The translations under genes were made by a program, and so were the position numbers. DNA of 63,919 nucleotides, filler included, from Octopus bimaculoides (lineage: Eukaryota), in the NCBI RefSeq assembly GCF_001194135.2. It is 6 parts of 6 records of this genome, joined end to end, with 100 filler letters (N's around TTAATTAATTAA, not from the genome) between each part and the next. Parts side by side here need not be neighbours in the genome. Positions count along the whole stretch, not along the records: positions 39,378 to 49,920 come from NC_069008.1; positions 50,021 to 56,945 come from NC_068981.1; 4 more parts are not named here. One strand, written 5' to 3'. Of this stretch, positions 41,056-54,328 are shown piece by piece (position 1 is the first letter of the stretch; every line of letters starts with the position of its first letter). Under the pieces are notes generated by a model. It saw nothing but the letters and a program-made list of their open reading frames with translations. It was not told the origin of the DNA and ran no database searches.

Positions 41056-41760
41056 CATATATATTTATACATATATACTCGCATAAGAGTACACACAACA
41101 ACATACACACACAAATATGAATATATGCTGTATACACCAACACATGTAGAAGCGTGTATATACTGTTTATGTATGGGTAAGTACCGCCACGAATTCCGTT
41201 TCATATTTCACAATAAACACAAGAATTTTAAAAACCTGACACACAGATATATAAACACACACACACATACACACACATACACACGCATACACACACAAAC
41301 ACGCACACATACACAAGGTCCCACTCGCACGTACGAACATACACAAATACACACAGACACTCCTACACATACATCACACGTGCGCGCACATGCACGCATC
41401 CACACAGACGTGCGCGAGCACGCACGCACACACACATACACACATATAGATACATAAAAATGCAGACATGCATGAATTCACACAGACCTACATTCCCCCC
41501 CCCCACACACAATTACACACATTCACAAACAGATACATACGTACACGTATACACATTAGCATACACATACGTAAGCATTCGTACACATGCACACGCATAC
41601 ACATACAGATACGCACGTTATCACACATACATACACCTACATACGCACATACGCACAACCACACACGTACACACAGATACACTCAAACACGCGCACACAC
41701 AAGCGACAAGTAACTTTCAATCAATCACCGCCATCGATCTTCTATATGCTGTTCAATTAC

Positions 41761-41881
41761 CTTTGTTCCTCTGTCTTCTCTCGAATCCCCGCCACCGTTG
41801 TCGTCTTCGCCCAGTTTCGCCTTTTATGCAGTCAGATCCCGGTGCATGACCTGGTAATTCGCATCGGTGATTAGACACCAT
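41761..41881 (-). CDS. Candidate first coding exon of the SLC6 transporter (MVSNHRCELPGHAPGSDCIKGETGRRRQRWRGFERRQRNK-G)
   Basis: Lies in a unique GC/CpG-rich island (41.75-42.36 kb). Strong donor AAAG|gtaatt at 41761/41760. The ATG at 41881 gives 40 codons + 1 nt (phase 1), matching the phase-1 acceptor at 5774. No homology evidence. Confidence 0.35.
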
Positions 41882-43589
41882 TCCGTGTACACATTACTCA
41901 GAGAGCAATAATGGGGGAATCGACTGGCTGACTGGGAGCGGAGATTATTCAAACCAAGAAATGTAGATACTTCTTGCTGCTGTGGAGAACATTTGTCCTC
42001 ATTCACCTGGATAACTGCTTCCAATACCGTGCTTGTATTTGTAGCTGCAGCGGCATTTACCCGGGGTGGCGGGGTAGAGCCGGTTTCGACCAATGAGTTC
42101 ACCTCATCCGATGGTCAGTTCTAACATTCCAGCAGGCAAAGTCACGCTTCTGCCTTTAACTCCGGACACCCGGCTTGCAAATTTGACAAATCGCCGACTG
42201 GGAGATGAAGCGCGTTGGATAGCGCTGATGCCGTAAGCGTAGCCATCATTCGTTGACGAGACGAGGAGTTCATGTTCGGTGTTTTAGCGGGAATACAAGT
42301 TTACATGAAGCTGCTGGTTATCGGCGACGGGATGGTTGGATCCAGAGATCATTCAGGAGGGAGAGAGAGAGAGAGAGTTCCGCCGAGGTCGCATCCTTTC
42401 GGGGTCAATAAATCCCCCCCAAATTTGCAACCATTATTATTAATCGACAAAAGAGTCGAAACATGAAGCTCTCGGCCCTCGCTAAGTTCTGTCGATTGAT
42501 AATATTAATAATAACCCTTCCTACTGCACGTACGGGGATTAATCAATTGCATCGACCCAGTATATAACTGGTATGTATTTCACTCACACCGAAAGGACGA
42601 AAAGCAAAGTTAACTTCGACGGAATTTGAACGGAAGAAACACCATTGAGCATTTTGTCCGGTATATGGGTACAGGACGTCAAGTACCCATATATATATAC
42701 ATATATATGTATATATGCATATATATATATATATTATTGATATATATATATATNNNNNNNNNNCAATTGCATCGACCCAGTATATAACTGGTATGTATTT
42801 CACTCACACCGAAAGGACGAAAAGCAAAGTTAACTTCGACGGAATTTGAACGGAAGAAACACCATTGAGCATTTTGTCCGGTATATGGGTACAGGACGTC
42901 AAGTACCCATATATATATACATATATATAAAGTGCATATGTTATTTTCTGTGTATATGCGTGTGCGTGTATGTGTGTGTGTGTACACAGAGAAATGTACC
43001 GATACCAACTCAGTTATCATAATCTTATCTACCCAGCACTCGTAACTCTCTCCCCACCACACACAATTAAAGATATTTCTCTCTGTTTTTTTGTTCCTCT
43101 AACCCACCAAACCACCACACTTCAGGGTCTCGGGGTGGCTGCCTGTCTGTCTGTCTGTCTGTTCGTCTAATCATTTCTCGGATGGCTCGTCTGCTATTTC
43201 GTTTCTTCATTCTACACCCAAGTGGATGCTAAATAATAATAATCTTACGTCATCTACCCGTTTTCCACCCCCCGCCACCCGGCTCTCCTCCTCGTACCTC
43301 AACCGACCCACCCACCACTCTCCCATCTCCAACCCGGCTTCATGCTTATCAACAGACAGGTATTTACGAGTGCACCCACGTTTCTACCACCCCGATACAC
43401 CTCGATATATACCTCCCCGCTTCTTTCCCTTTTCTCTCTTTTTCCCTCCCCCTCATTGCCCCCCCCTCTCTCTCTCTCCCTTTGTTACTCTTTCTATCTC
43501 TCTTTCTCTCACTCTTCCTCGCCACCCAATTCTACAAATAACTGGCACAAATTCTTTGGACGTACACAGTTAACAGGATGAAAGAGAGA

Positions 43590-43620
<31 letters not shown>

Positions 43621-44279
43621 CCTACATGTTTTATATATATATATATATATGTATATATATACATACGTATATATATATAGGTAGATAGATACATGCATCC
43701 ATCAATTCATATATACACTTGCATGTAATAATATGGAAACTATGTTTGTGTGTGTGTGTGTGTGTGTGTGCAATGAGCTGGCGAGTATATATATAGTCGT
43801 GCTGGCATACAATTATGTATTTATGTATGCATGCGTGTATGTGTGTATGTATGCACATTAGTGAATGTATCTCCTAATGGGGTATTTTTTTTTTAAATTG
43901 AAAGCTGGATTTTGGGGCCGCAAGAAGAAGCACTAGCTTGCCTGTTGCAATGTTAGAGCTGACCGTCAGATGTTGTCAGCATTTGTGAGGGACGTGGTGA
44001 ACCCGCAGATCGCAGCCGGCTCAGCCCACCCCGGGTGAATACTGTAGGTAAGCACCAAAACCACGGCCGTCATGAACACAGAATGACTGGACGCTTGAAG
44101 AGGAGAAGTAGCGAAATATCTTCCTGTAATACAACGCAGACATTTAAATTGATAGAGTTTTTCTAAGGATATGGGCAGTACTTGTCAGCACAATCTTTTG
44201 GATTTCTCTGAGATATGGTTCTCCTGGGATGTTATCTAGATATTTCTGACATCCCTTTTTTATCATTCCTAGGGCACCT

Positions 44280-44590
44280 CACACCGGGCGAAATGCTTAA
44301 CAGTATTTCATCCGTCCTTACATTATGAGTTCAAATTCCACCGAAGTCGACTTTGCCTTTCATCCTTTTGGGGTTGATAAATTAAGTACCAGTTGAGTAC
44401 AGGGGTCGATGTAATCGACTACCCCACTCCCCAAATTTGAGGCCTCATGCCTATAGTAGAAAGAATTATTATCATTATTATTATTATTGAATTCCGCTGA
44501 AGTCGATTTTGTCATTCATCCTTTCAGGGGTTGATAAATTAAGTACCAGTTGAGTACTGGGGTCGATGTAATCGACTAGTCCCTTCCCCA
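44280..44590 (+). mobile_element. Two tandem SINE family C copies
   Basis: Same core as the 3573-6060 cluster. Further copies at 17880-18012, 23993-24160, 26920-27130, 36870-37020, 42545-42660, 62050-62225 and 62317-62380. Confidence 0.85.
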
Positions 44591-45244
44591 CAGATGACAA
44601 CATGTCTCAAGAACTGCTAGATGGATTCGGATGAAACTTTCAGGGATGTTTGGTATGAACTGATTGGATTTGGGGATCGATCCGGTACCGGACAAGGATT
44701 CTGGAATATTTGTTATATTTACTTTACATGATTACGATCTTACGTTGACTTTCAAGTCTTTCTCAATTATCTCCTTTTAGGCTGTTTCCAAGGTTTTATT
44801 TTCCTTTCTCTATTGTCAATTTTACTTTCGTCTCTATCTTAATAGAAACTGATGGATAAAGAAATCAAGCAACATAGACAAACGGCAACAAAACCGTTCA
44901 GAAATTAAATAACACGAACATATTTCTATAATATATATATATATATATTATATATTATACATATATTTTAACACTTTACAGTATAGTTACATATATACAT
45001 ACATCTATAAATCGATCTAAAACAATAGGAATTCTAAAGGAAGGTTGGAATTTAAGAGAAGAGAAAAACCAAAAGGTCTCATGTTATTCATTATAAAATT
45101 CCTGAGAAGAAGTTATTACTATTACCACCGCCTTTGAAACTATTTTGAATGGTGAATTTGATAACTTTGGCTTGAATCAGACAAGGATAAACTATTTATT
45201 ACTGTTACTAAATTTTCTGCAGCCACCTTCACATTTCATGACTA

Positions 45245-45850
45245 CCATCGGGATCGATCCCGTTCCGGACAAGGATTCTGGATTGTTTTTCCGGTTTTTT
45301 TTTTACTGAATTTTTGAGAGCGGTCGGGTTCATTTTAGTATTCTCGTTTTTTGAGAGCAGTCGAGTTTATTTCAGATATTCTCATTAAAAAAATCGTCTC
45401 CGGCTAATCGTTGAGAGGGCGTTGGTGTTGCCTTGGCGGAGGTTTGCGCTCTCTGGGCGCTCTTCTTCTTCTTCTTCTTCTTATTACCTCTACCTTCGCT
45501 AAGGCAGAGGTATTGTTTTCAGTCGTATTTGTTTGTTTGTCCGTGGACAAGATATCTCAAGAACCGCTGGGTGGATTCAGATGAAACTTTCAGAGATGTT
45601 TGGCCTCATGACTGGCACGAACTGATTAGATTTTGGGATCGATCTGGTACCGGACAAGGATTCTGGATTATTTTCCTGTTTTTTTTAACTGAATTTTTAA
45701 GAGCGGTCGGTTAATTTTTAATATTCTCATTTGCGAGAGCAGTTGAGTTTATTTCAGACATTCTCATTTTAAAAACCCATTCCTGGTTAATCGTTGAGAG
45801 GGCGTTGGTGTTGTCTTGGCGGAGGTGTGCGCATTCTAAGTGCTCTTGTT
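45245..45850 (+). mobile_element. Non-autonomous Helentron/Helitron-like (HINE/DINE-type) element: one full copy preceded by a partial head-to-tail copy
   Basis: Full copy 45481-45850 runs from 5' ttattacctc..cc to 3' cttggcggaggt plus a short gcgc..gtgc hairpin. Partial copy 45245-45465 has the same 3' end. Internal fragment at 44603-44712. Confidence 0.65.
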
Positions 45851-46081
45851 ATAATTTTTTTTTCTCAAGGAAGGCTAACACCAGCTGACTGAAAAATAAA
45901 GTGGGGTGGTCATGGCAGGAAAAAATAACAAAACAAGAGAGAGAGAGATAAGACAGACTTTAACTTGTTATCTTTATGTACAAATATTCTGTAGTCAATC
46001 AATAAGTGTGTTGGAAAAGCTTCAGGTTTGTCCCTCACCCAATGTTCTTTGATTCATAGCAAGAAGTTGCTTCAGAAGTCT

Positions 46082-46134
<53 letters not shown>

Positions 46135-46329
46135 ATGTCTGTGTATATGTGTAGTGTGTATTTGTATGCATATATATATATATATATGCAGTCCATGTCT
46201 CTGGGACCCAAATTAGATTATTCTTTACTGATTCTGTTAATCAATTTGACTAAAGATTAAAGGTTAAAGATTTGGATGACTGAAAAAGTAAGAGATGGAT
46301 ACAGGGAGGTAAGGATCTTATCAAAGACA

Positions 46330-46680
46330 CACAGACGGACAGACAGAAAGAGAGAAAGAAAGGAAGGAAAGAAGAGAAAAGAGAAAAGAAAGAGAGAAAA
46401 AGGAACAAAGAAAGGAAAAAAAAGAAGAAATGAAAGAAAGAAAGAAAGGAAAAGGAAGAAAGAAAGAGGAGAATGGAGAAAGAAAGAGTAAAAAGAAAAA
46501 GAAACAAAGAAAAATGGCTTAAACAAAAGAAAAAGAAAGAAAGAAGAAAAATGAAAGAAGAAAAAAAGGAAGGAAGAAAGAAAGAAAGAAGGAAGGCAGA
46601 AAGGAAGGAACGAAGAAGAGAAACAAAAAAGGAAGGAAGAAAGAAAGAAAGAAGGAAGGAAGAAAGAAAGAAAGAGCGAG
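46330..46680. repeat. Polypurine (GAAA/GGAA)n tract
   Basis: About 350 bp almost exclusively A/G on the + strand. Confidence 0.95.
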
Positions 46681-47379
46681 TTTCCATGCTGCAAAACTGT
46701 TTCCCAACCAGGTTTCTTTTGAATGTTCTGCAAAAATAAGGATTAATTATCAATTATGCTAATTATATGCAATTATGCTAATTATATGCAAATTTTGTGT
46801 AAATTTTTTTGTTTTTTTTATGAGTTGATATTTATAATTTGAATTAACATCCATGAAATATTCACAGAGGTAGAGAAACCCCAGCATCTGCAGATAATAA
46901 AAAGGGGATACTGACAGGTAAAAAATGACCCCTTAATAAGGAGTTGAAGGGGAGATTTTGGTCAGGGATTATGTTTTTGATTTAAGGTGAAATTACTGGA
47001 AACCTCTGCTTGTCGTGTCCAATGGATTTAATGCTGGTTTCAAATTCTAGCGCAAGGCCGGCAATTTTGGGAGCAGGGGTACGTTGATTATATTGACCCA
47101 TGACCCCAGTGCCCAGCTGGGATGAGAGGTGAAGTCCTCAGAAAGCGATGAGAGGCAAAGAGAAAATATATTTAAGTTAAATACATTTGTTAATAGGTGC
47201 AGGGGTGGCTTCTATGGTAAGAAGCTTGCTTCCCAACCATATGGTTCTGGGTTCAGTCCCTTGCGTGGCACCTTGGGCAAGTGTCTTCTATGATAGCCTC
47301 AGGGCTGACCAAAGCCTTGCGAGTGGATTTGGTAGACGGAAACTGAAAGAAGGCCATCATTATATACATACATATATAT

Positions 47380-47414
<35 letters not shown>

Positions 47415-48272
47415 NNNNNNNNNNNNNNNNNNNNNNNNNNNNNNNNNNNNNNNNNNNNNNNNNNNNNNNNNNNNNNNNNNNNNNNNNNNNNNNNNNNNNN
47501 NNNNNNNNNNNNNNNNNNNNNNNNNNNNNNNNNNNNNNNNNNNNNNNNNNNNNNNNNNNNNNNNNNNNNNNNNNNNNNNNNNNNNNNNNNNNNNNNNNNN
47601 NNNNNNNNNNNNNNNNNNNNNNNNNNNNNNNNNNNNNNNNNNNTCTTATATATGTATATATATGTATATATATCTATGTATATAAAAAAGAAATGGCTGG
47701 ATAACATCCGTAGTCTCAGTTGGTTGTGTTTGGGAATCTAGCTGGGAAATATAAGGATGACTGCTTTTGATGGGACCCTATTGAGGAGGAGCCTGAGGAC
47801 TCTACCCCTGTGAACATCCCAGAAATAGTGGGATTGAGAAAATGGATGAATAGATTTAAATCCTTTCAAAGACAGTTTAAGGGTTTGTTGAATCCCTTGT
47901 GAAAAGCAGACAAAAGGATCCCTAAAAGTGTAGAATAGTTGTTGTGTAGGGGTTTCCTGAGACATGTCATGTATTTTAAGGGTTCCCTAAAGGTTTAAAG
48001 GATTGAGAGATGTTGTTTTAGAATATAATAAAGGAGAAGTTTAATGTTTAGGGGTTTATGTTATACAGTGAGGTTGGGAGATGCTGTTTTAGAATATAAT
48101 AAATTTGTAGGGTTTAAGATATAAGGGGTTTTTGTTATACAGTGATAATAAACCATAACAGTTTGTGGTAAAAGGGACAGTAAATATTAGGGGAAAGAAA
48201 AATGAACAATATTGTTCTAAAGGGTTTTAAAATGGTCCTTTTTGTTTAAGGGTCGTATTTTCCTATGACCCT

Positions 48273-48537
48273 TCAAGCCAGTAACTGGCAGACCCCAACT
48301 GATATAGAGCTGATTAGGACAAAGAATAATCGCCATGACAACAACATGGCGGTGACACCAGTAACAGTGCTGCCATCTGCCGAGTTGTAAGCTAACTTCT
48401 GTTGCTGATATTGCTTATAGTTGTTGTTGTTGTGGTTGTTGTTGCTGTGGTGTTGGTGCCGTGTGTTCCGGCTGGATTCGGTGGTCGTCCATATTGCATC
48501 GAGGTTGGCAATGTGGGGCAGCAACATACCGTTGGGG
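48273..48537 (-). CDS. Candidate terminal exon: N/Q/H-rich stalk plus GPI-anchor signal
   Basis: Strong acceptor (ctctttctttttctctttgtatcctttcag|). Frame PNGMLLPHIANLDAIWTTTESSRNTRHQHHSNNNHNNNNYKQYQQQKLAYNSADGSTVTGVTAMLLSWRLFFVLISSISVGVCQLLA* has a small-residue omega region (NSADGS), a spacer and a hydrophobic C-terminus ending at TGA. Confidence 0.55.
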
Positions 48538-48618
48538 CTGAAAGGATACAAAGAGAAAGAAAGAGACAGAGTGAGTGAGAAGGAGTGAGAAGGAGTGAGG
48601 GTCCAGGGGTGTACTCAC

Positions 48619-48619
48619 C
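48619..48619 (-). CDS. Candidate 1-nt microexon (G)
   Basis: Minus strand reads tattgtttcag|G|gtgagtac, followed by an 81-nt intron (48538-48618) with a long CT tract ending atcctttcag|. It converts phase 1 to the phase 2 needed by the terminal exon. Confidence 0.3.
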
Positions 48620-48773
48620 CTGAAACAATAGCAGTCAAGTTTACAGCAATCATGCTAATTACAATGTTAATTAGATATTAAGATTGTCTTTCCAAACTGT
48701 ATAAAATATGACATTAATAAATTTACATATAATATATTAGTAATGTGATAAAGAAAACACACACACATACATA

Positions 48774-48810
<37 letters not shown>

Positions 48811-50020
48811 AAGTTTTTAGGAGGTTAACTTTGAAAGTTGCATTCCTTTGCGATCGGTAAAAATGTGCTTATTTTGGTAGTTTTGACTTATGGAGTCCCT
48901 CTAAGCATGAGGCTTTATTGTATTGTAATGCCCTTATATAAATTAAATTATATATATATATAAATATATATATGTGTGTATATATATATATATATGTATA
49001 TATATAGACGTAGGAGTGGCTGTGTGGTAAGTAGCTTGCCTACCAACCACATGGTTCCGGGTTCAGTCCCACTGCGTGGNNNNNNNNNNNNNNNNNNNNN
49101 NNNNNNNNNNNNNNNNNNNNNNNNNNNNNNNNNNNNNNNNNNNNNNNNNNNNNNNNNNNNNNNNNNNNNNNNNNNNNNNNNNNNNNNNNNNNNNNNNNNN
49201 NNNNNNNNNNNNNNNNNNNNNNNNNNNNNNNNNNNNNNNNNNNNNNNNNNNNNNNNNNNNNNNNNNNNNNNNNNNNNNNNNNNNNNNNNNNNNNNNNNNN
49301 NNNNNNNNNNNNNNNNNNNNNNNNNNNNNNNNNNNNNNNNNNNNNNNNNNNNNNNNNNNNNNNNNNNNNNNNNNNNNNNNNNNNNNNNNNNNNNNNNNNN
49401 NNNNNNNNNNNNNNNNNNNNNNNNNNNNNNNNNNNNNNNNNNNNNNNNNNNNNNNNNNNNNNNNNNNNNNNNNNNNNNNNNNNNNNNNNNNNNNNNNNNN
49501 NNNNNNNNNNNNNNNNNNNNNNNNNNNNNNNNNNNNNNNNNNNNNNNNNNNNNNNNNNNNNNNNNNNNNNNNNNNNNNNNNNNNNNNNNNNNNNNNNTAT
49601 ATATATATATATATATATATATTTATTTATTGCTAGATAGATATGTCCATATCTACATACAATGTATCTCTCTTTATATCTATCTACACACACATGATGC
49701 ATACACACCCATACCCACACACATGTATACAGATATATATATATATACGTTGTGTGTGCATTGTGTGTATATATATATATATATATATATTGTGTGTGTG
49801 TGTATATATATATATGCTTGAGTGTAGTTTTTGTTGCTCCGCCCTCTTTTCTTCTTCTTCCAATGAATAAAAAATAATTATAGGTTTGAATAGGGCTCTT
49901 GGCAGGGTAAGGGAGGAGGGNNNNNNNNNNNNNNNNNNNNNNNNNNNNNNNNNNNNNNNNNNNNTTAATTAATTAANNNNNNNNNNNNNNNNNNNNNNNN
50001 NNNNNNNNNNNNNNNNNNNN

Positions 50021-50355
50021 ACGAGATACTGCAGCAGCCTCGGTTTCAGAGGACCTCAGCTCTTCAATGCCCTGCCAAAACATTTGAGAGACATACAAGA
50101 CATGGATGCGGAGGTCTTCAAGACAAAACTTGACGCTTTCCTCTCCACGATACCAGACGAACCAATGGCTCGTAATGAGACGCAGTTTAGGGCAGCTGTG
50201 TCAAATTCTCTTATACACCAGATGTGCCATCAACACTCTTGATTGGACCATGTCAGGTGGGGGAGAAGAGCCATGCAAGGAACGTGAAAATCACGGTGGT
50301 GCACCAGCATGACCGCAGCCACTTGGCTGAAACACATAAATAAATAAATAAAAAT
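50021..50355 (+). mobile_element. CR1/L2-group LINE 3' end
   Basis: RYCSSLGFRGPQLFNALPKHLRD...KLDAFLSTIPDEP...* followed by a (TAAA)n tail; same family as 33145-33985. Confidence 0.88.
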
Positions 50356-51425
50356 ATCTGTCTGTCTTTTATACACTCAGAGAAAAAACATCTTTGTGTA
50401 AGGACAAGGAGTGCAGGAATTCAACTTCGTATAAAGATTCCCGATGCAGACCGTCATCTGTCAAAACGTCAAGGAATTGCTGAACGAAGAGAAGAAAATT
50501 CATGTATTTACGTATAAACCGAGGCTGAAATCTTACAAATCGTCTGTACCAAAGGGAGTATATTTGATTTCAATTATAAATTTAATTATTATCATCATCT
50601 TTATAACGACGTATTATTCTGGAATAAATTCAATTGCTACATAAATGTGCTTTGGGAAAAAAACAACATTTTTAAAGTACGTAAGAACTATAGATTTATT
50701 GAATGATAAAATGTATGTCACTGAAAAGTAAGACGGAAAAAATAGCACTAATTCATCATAATTAGTTTAATAATGACTGTAACATTTTAATACGTTCAGT
50801 ATGGAAATATTTATTAACTTTCACCGTCTCATTAAAAACGAAAAATAGAGTTAGCAGATTAAATTGTACAATATGAATCATAATAATTTCCAATTGTTGC
50901 AGCAAATTAATCTTCAAATTCCTTTATAATTCGAAGATTCAAACACCAATTAATTGTTTTATATTTTATTTACTATTCAAAGAATTTTTCTGCAAGAAAG
51001 TATATTTAATAATGATGTATATCACTGGCCACTATAAGTATGTTACTGGGAAAAGTTTTAGAAAAGCATTCTTTTTAAATTGTGTTAATTACAACAACTT
51101 AATCAATGAAGTATATTTTAATGGGTAATACACGCAACTTGATTTTACGAAGAGAACGTCTTTCCTTCGGGAATGAACCTGCGTCATAAAATGTGATTGT
51201 GCCTAGAGTTAACTAGTGCTATTTCGTCAAAGTTCTATAGCTGCAGATCATTGTCTCTTCCATTTAATATTTCCTTTTATAACACAAATATAACATTAGC
51301 TTTCACATGTAAAAATTCTTAATTACATTGCATGCCCTCCGTTAATTTTACTTCAATCTGTAGTTGTAAAAATGTATAACATGTTCATATACGAGTGCAT
51401 ACGTTTATCTATATAAGTATGCATT

Positions 51426-51458
<33 letters not shown>

Positions 51459-51504
51459 ACACACACACACACACGCGCACACACACAAACAAACACACAC
51501 ATAC

Positions 51505-51540
51505 ATGTGGTAAGTTTAGCTGTCCTGCACATAACGTCAT
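51505..51540 (-). CDS. Candidate 36-nt internal exon (D)DVMCRTAKLTT(C)
   Basis: Acceptor gttacggtttcag|AT and donor CAT|gtatgt; phase 1-1, open frame, and it continues the CxxC pattern of the 58372-58564 exon. Confidence 0.4.
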
Positions 51541-52239
51541 CTGAAACCGTAACAGTGACATAGTGGAGAAACAACTGTAGGCATTTAAAGCACAACTTGA
51601 AATCTATCAAATCCCCCTTACATTCAACCATACACACGCATATATAAGGAAGTTTAAAACGCTTAAATAGTACAGGCGCTACATAACATGATATAGCATT
51701 ACGCTACATTATCTCCCTTACATTATTTCCCGCTACTATATATATTTCTCAAAAATATGTAAATCATTATCAATGTAAATGAATAAGTGAACAGTTTCTT
51801 GCTTCATATAAATACACATAGTGACCGAATTATTTTTCAGCCCCATTCAAACAAACATACATTGTTACATTTACTTTGTGCTATTAATATGTTGTAATGA
51901 TATTTTATAGTATTAGTGTCAAATGCTTTGAAAGCACATCAATGACCTAGTCGCTGATATTAAACTTTATTGTAACAGTTATACAGCTTTCACATACAAA
52001 ATGGTTGCAGCACTTTAAAAAAACCAAAGGAATGCTACATATTATCTTTTTATTATTCAGTATGAATAAGTTCGAGAAGCATTATATCTTCGTTAATTTA
52101 AATGAGTAGTGCTTAGCATACTGCTGTTTTTCACATGTGAAAAAATTCTATATCCATACCATATTTTAATACTGAATTTCCACCAAAATCTCAGGAATTC
52201 ATCAAATGTATGACGATAACATATAACAGACAAATGACG

Positions 52240-52752
<513 letters not shown>

Positions 52753-52755
52753 GTA

Positions 52756-52810
<55 letters not shown>

Positions 52811-54295
52811 CTTTCTGTCTGTTTCTATGTGTGTACCTATACATATACACATATAAACATGTGTATATATATGTGTGTGTATGTGTGTGTATGTAGTGAA
52901 GCGCGTGGCTTACTGGTTATGGTTATTTGGCTCACGAACTTGAATGTGTTAGTTCCATTTCCTGTGACGCCGTGTGCCCTTGAGCAAGGAACTTTATTTC
53001 ACATTGCTCCAGTCCACTAAGCTGGCAAAAATTAGTAGAACCTGTATTTCAAAGGGCCAGCCTTGACACACTCTGTGTCACGCTGAATCCCCTGAGAGAA
53101 CTACGTTAAAGGTACGCATATCTGTGGACTATTCAGTCACTTGCACGTTAATTTCACGAGTAGGCTGTTCCGCTGATCGGATCAACTGGAACAGTGGTCG
53201 TTGCAATCGACAGAGTGCAATATATGCAATATATGTATATATAAACTTTACAAATAATATGGTTTTGTGTCTCAAAAACCCTGCGCCTCTTGGCAGATCA
53301 ACCTCTGCTGTGTGTTTAGAGTTCCATTTGAAAGAAATCGGATAAGCAACTGCTAACGTGGTTACGTAATACAAGAGCTACCACGAAATCCCCGTCTCTG
53401 TGTGCGGCAGGATAGAGACTCTTCCTCTTATTGTCATTGCAGAGACAATTCAATTTCACGATGGATTAGGTAAGAAAAATCAGAATCTTTTAAAGATAAT
53501 TCTGTCTGAAAGGATTCCATTTTAGTTGTACAAGATATATGAACACAAGGTAACATTCTGATAAACATCTTTAACATACCTTTCAAAGAGAAATTTATCT
53601 ACAATACTGATCGCTTGCGACATTTTACCATTGCAATATCAACATCGCGTTTGTAGTCCAGAGACTTGCTGCTTTTGTACTTTGATTATACTAACGCAAT
53701 TTCTGTGAGTACTCCTTAGTGGAAGTGGCTGGGCTAATGTCACCTAAAGTTTACGCATATGTTTTTCACTGCAAACACACACAGAGAAACCATGGTTGCT
53801 AGTATTTATTCTTTGGAACTCATTCTTCTAGATTCTTGTTCCTTTCTGTGTTCCTTTCAATTATTTCGTTACAGTTGTTCAAGAGAAAGTACGTTTAATC
53901 CACTCCAACATGCTGTAGTCTCCAACAAAAATATATAATTATTCTTTAACTTCAGATCATTCTGTCTTTTCATCCGTATTGATCTGTATTCTAACTCAAA
54001 CGTATAATTGTGTGATGCTTAGGATGAACTACATTATAATGTGACGGGGCAAATCGAACAACACCTGAGCAGTCTCCGCTTTTTGGTGAATTATAGAGCA
54101 AGTAAAGTTCAGTTATCGTCCGAAGTAGAAACAAAAGAAATAACTAGTTAAGTAACATCTCAGGGAAAGAATGGCGGAGTGTATAATATATANNNNNNNN
54201 NNNNNNNNNNNNNNNNNNNNNNNNNNNNNNNNNNNNNNNNNNNNNNNNNNNNNNNNNNNNNNNNNNNNNNNNNNNNNNNNNNNNNNNNNNNNNNN

Positions 54296-54328
<33 letters not shown>

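Noticed and set aside
40033-41457. Long ORFs (poly-D/T/M, YIYI, HTHT, CVCV) here and throughout the ORF track
   Set aside because: Produced by di-, tri- and tetranucleotide repeats and N runs that contain no stops.
42545-42930. Perfect tandem duplication of about 165-200 bp either side of a 10-N gap
   Set aside because: Typical unmerged contig overlap in a draft scaffold.
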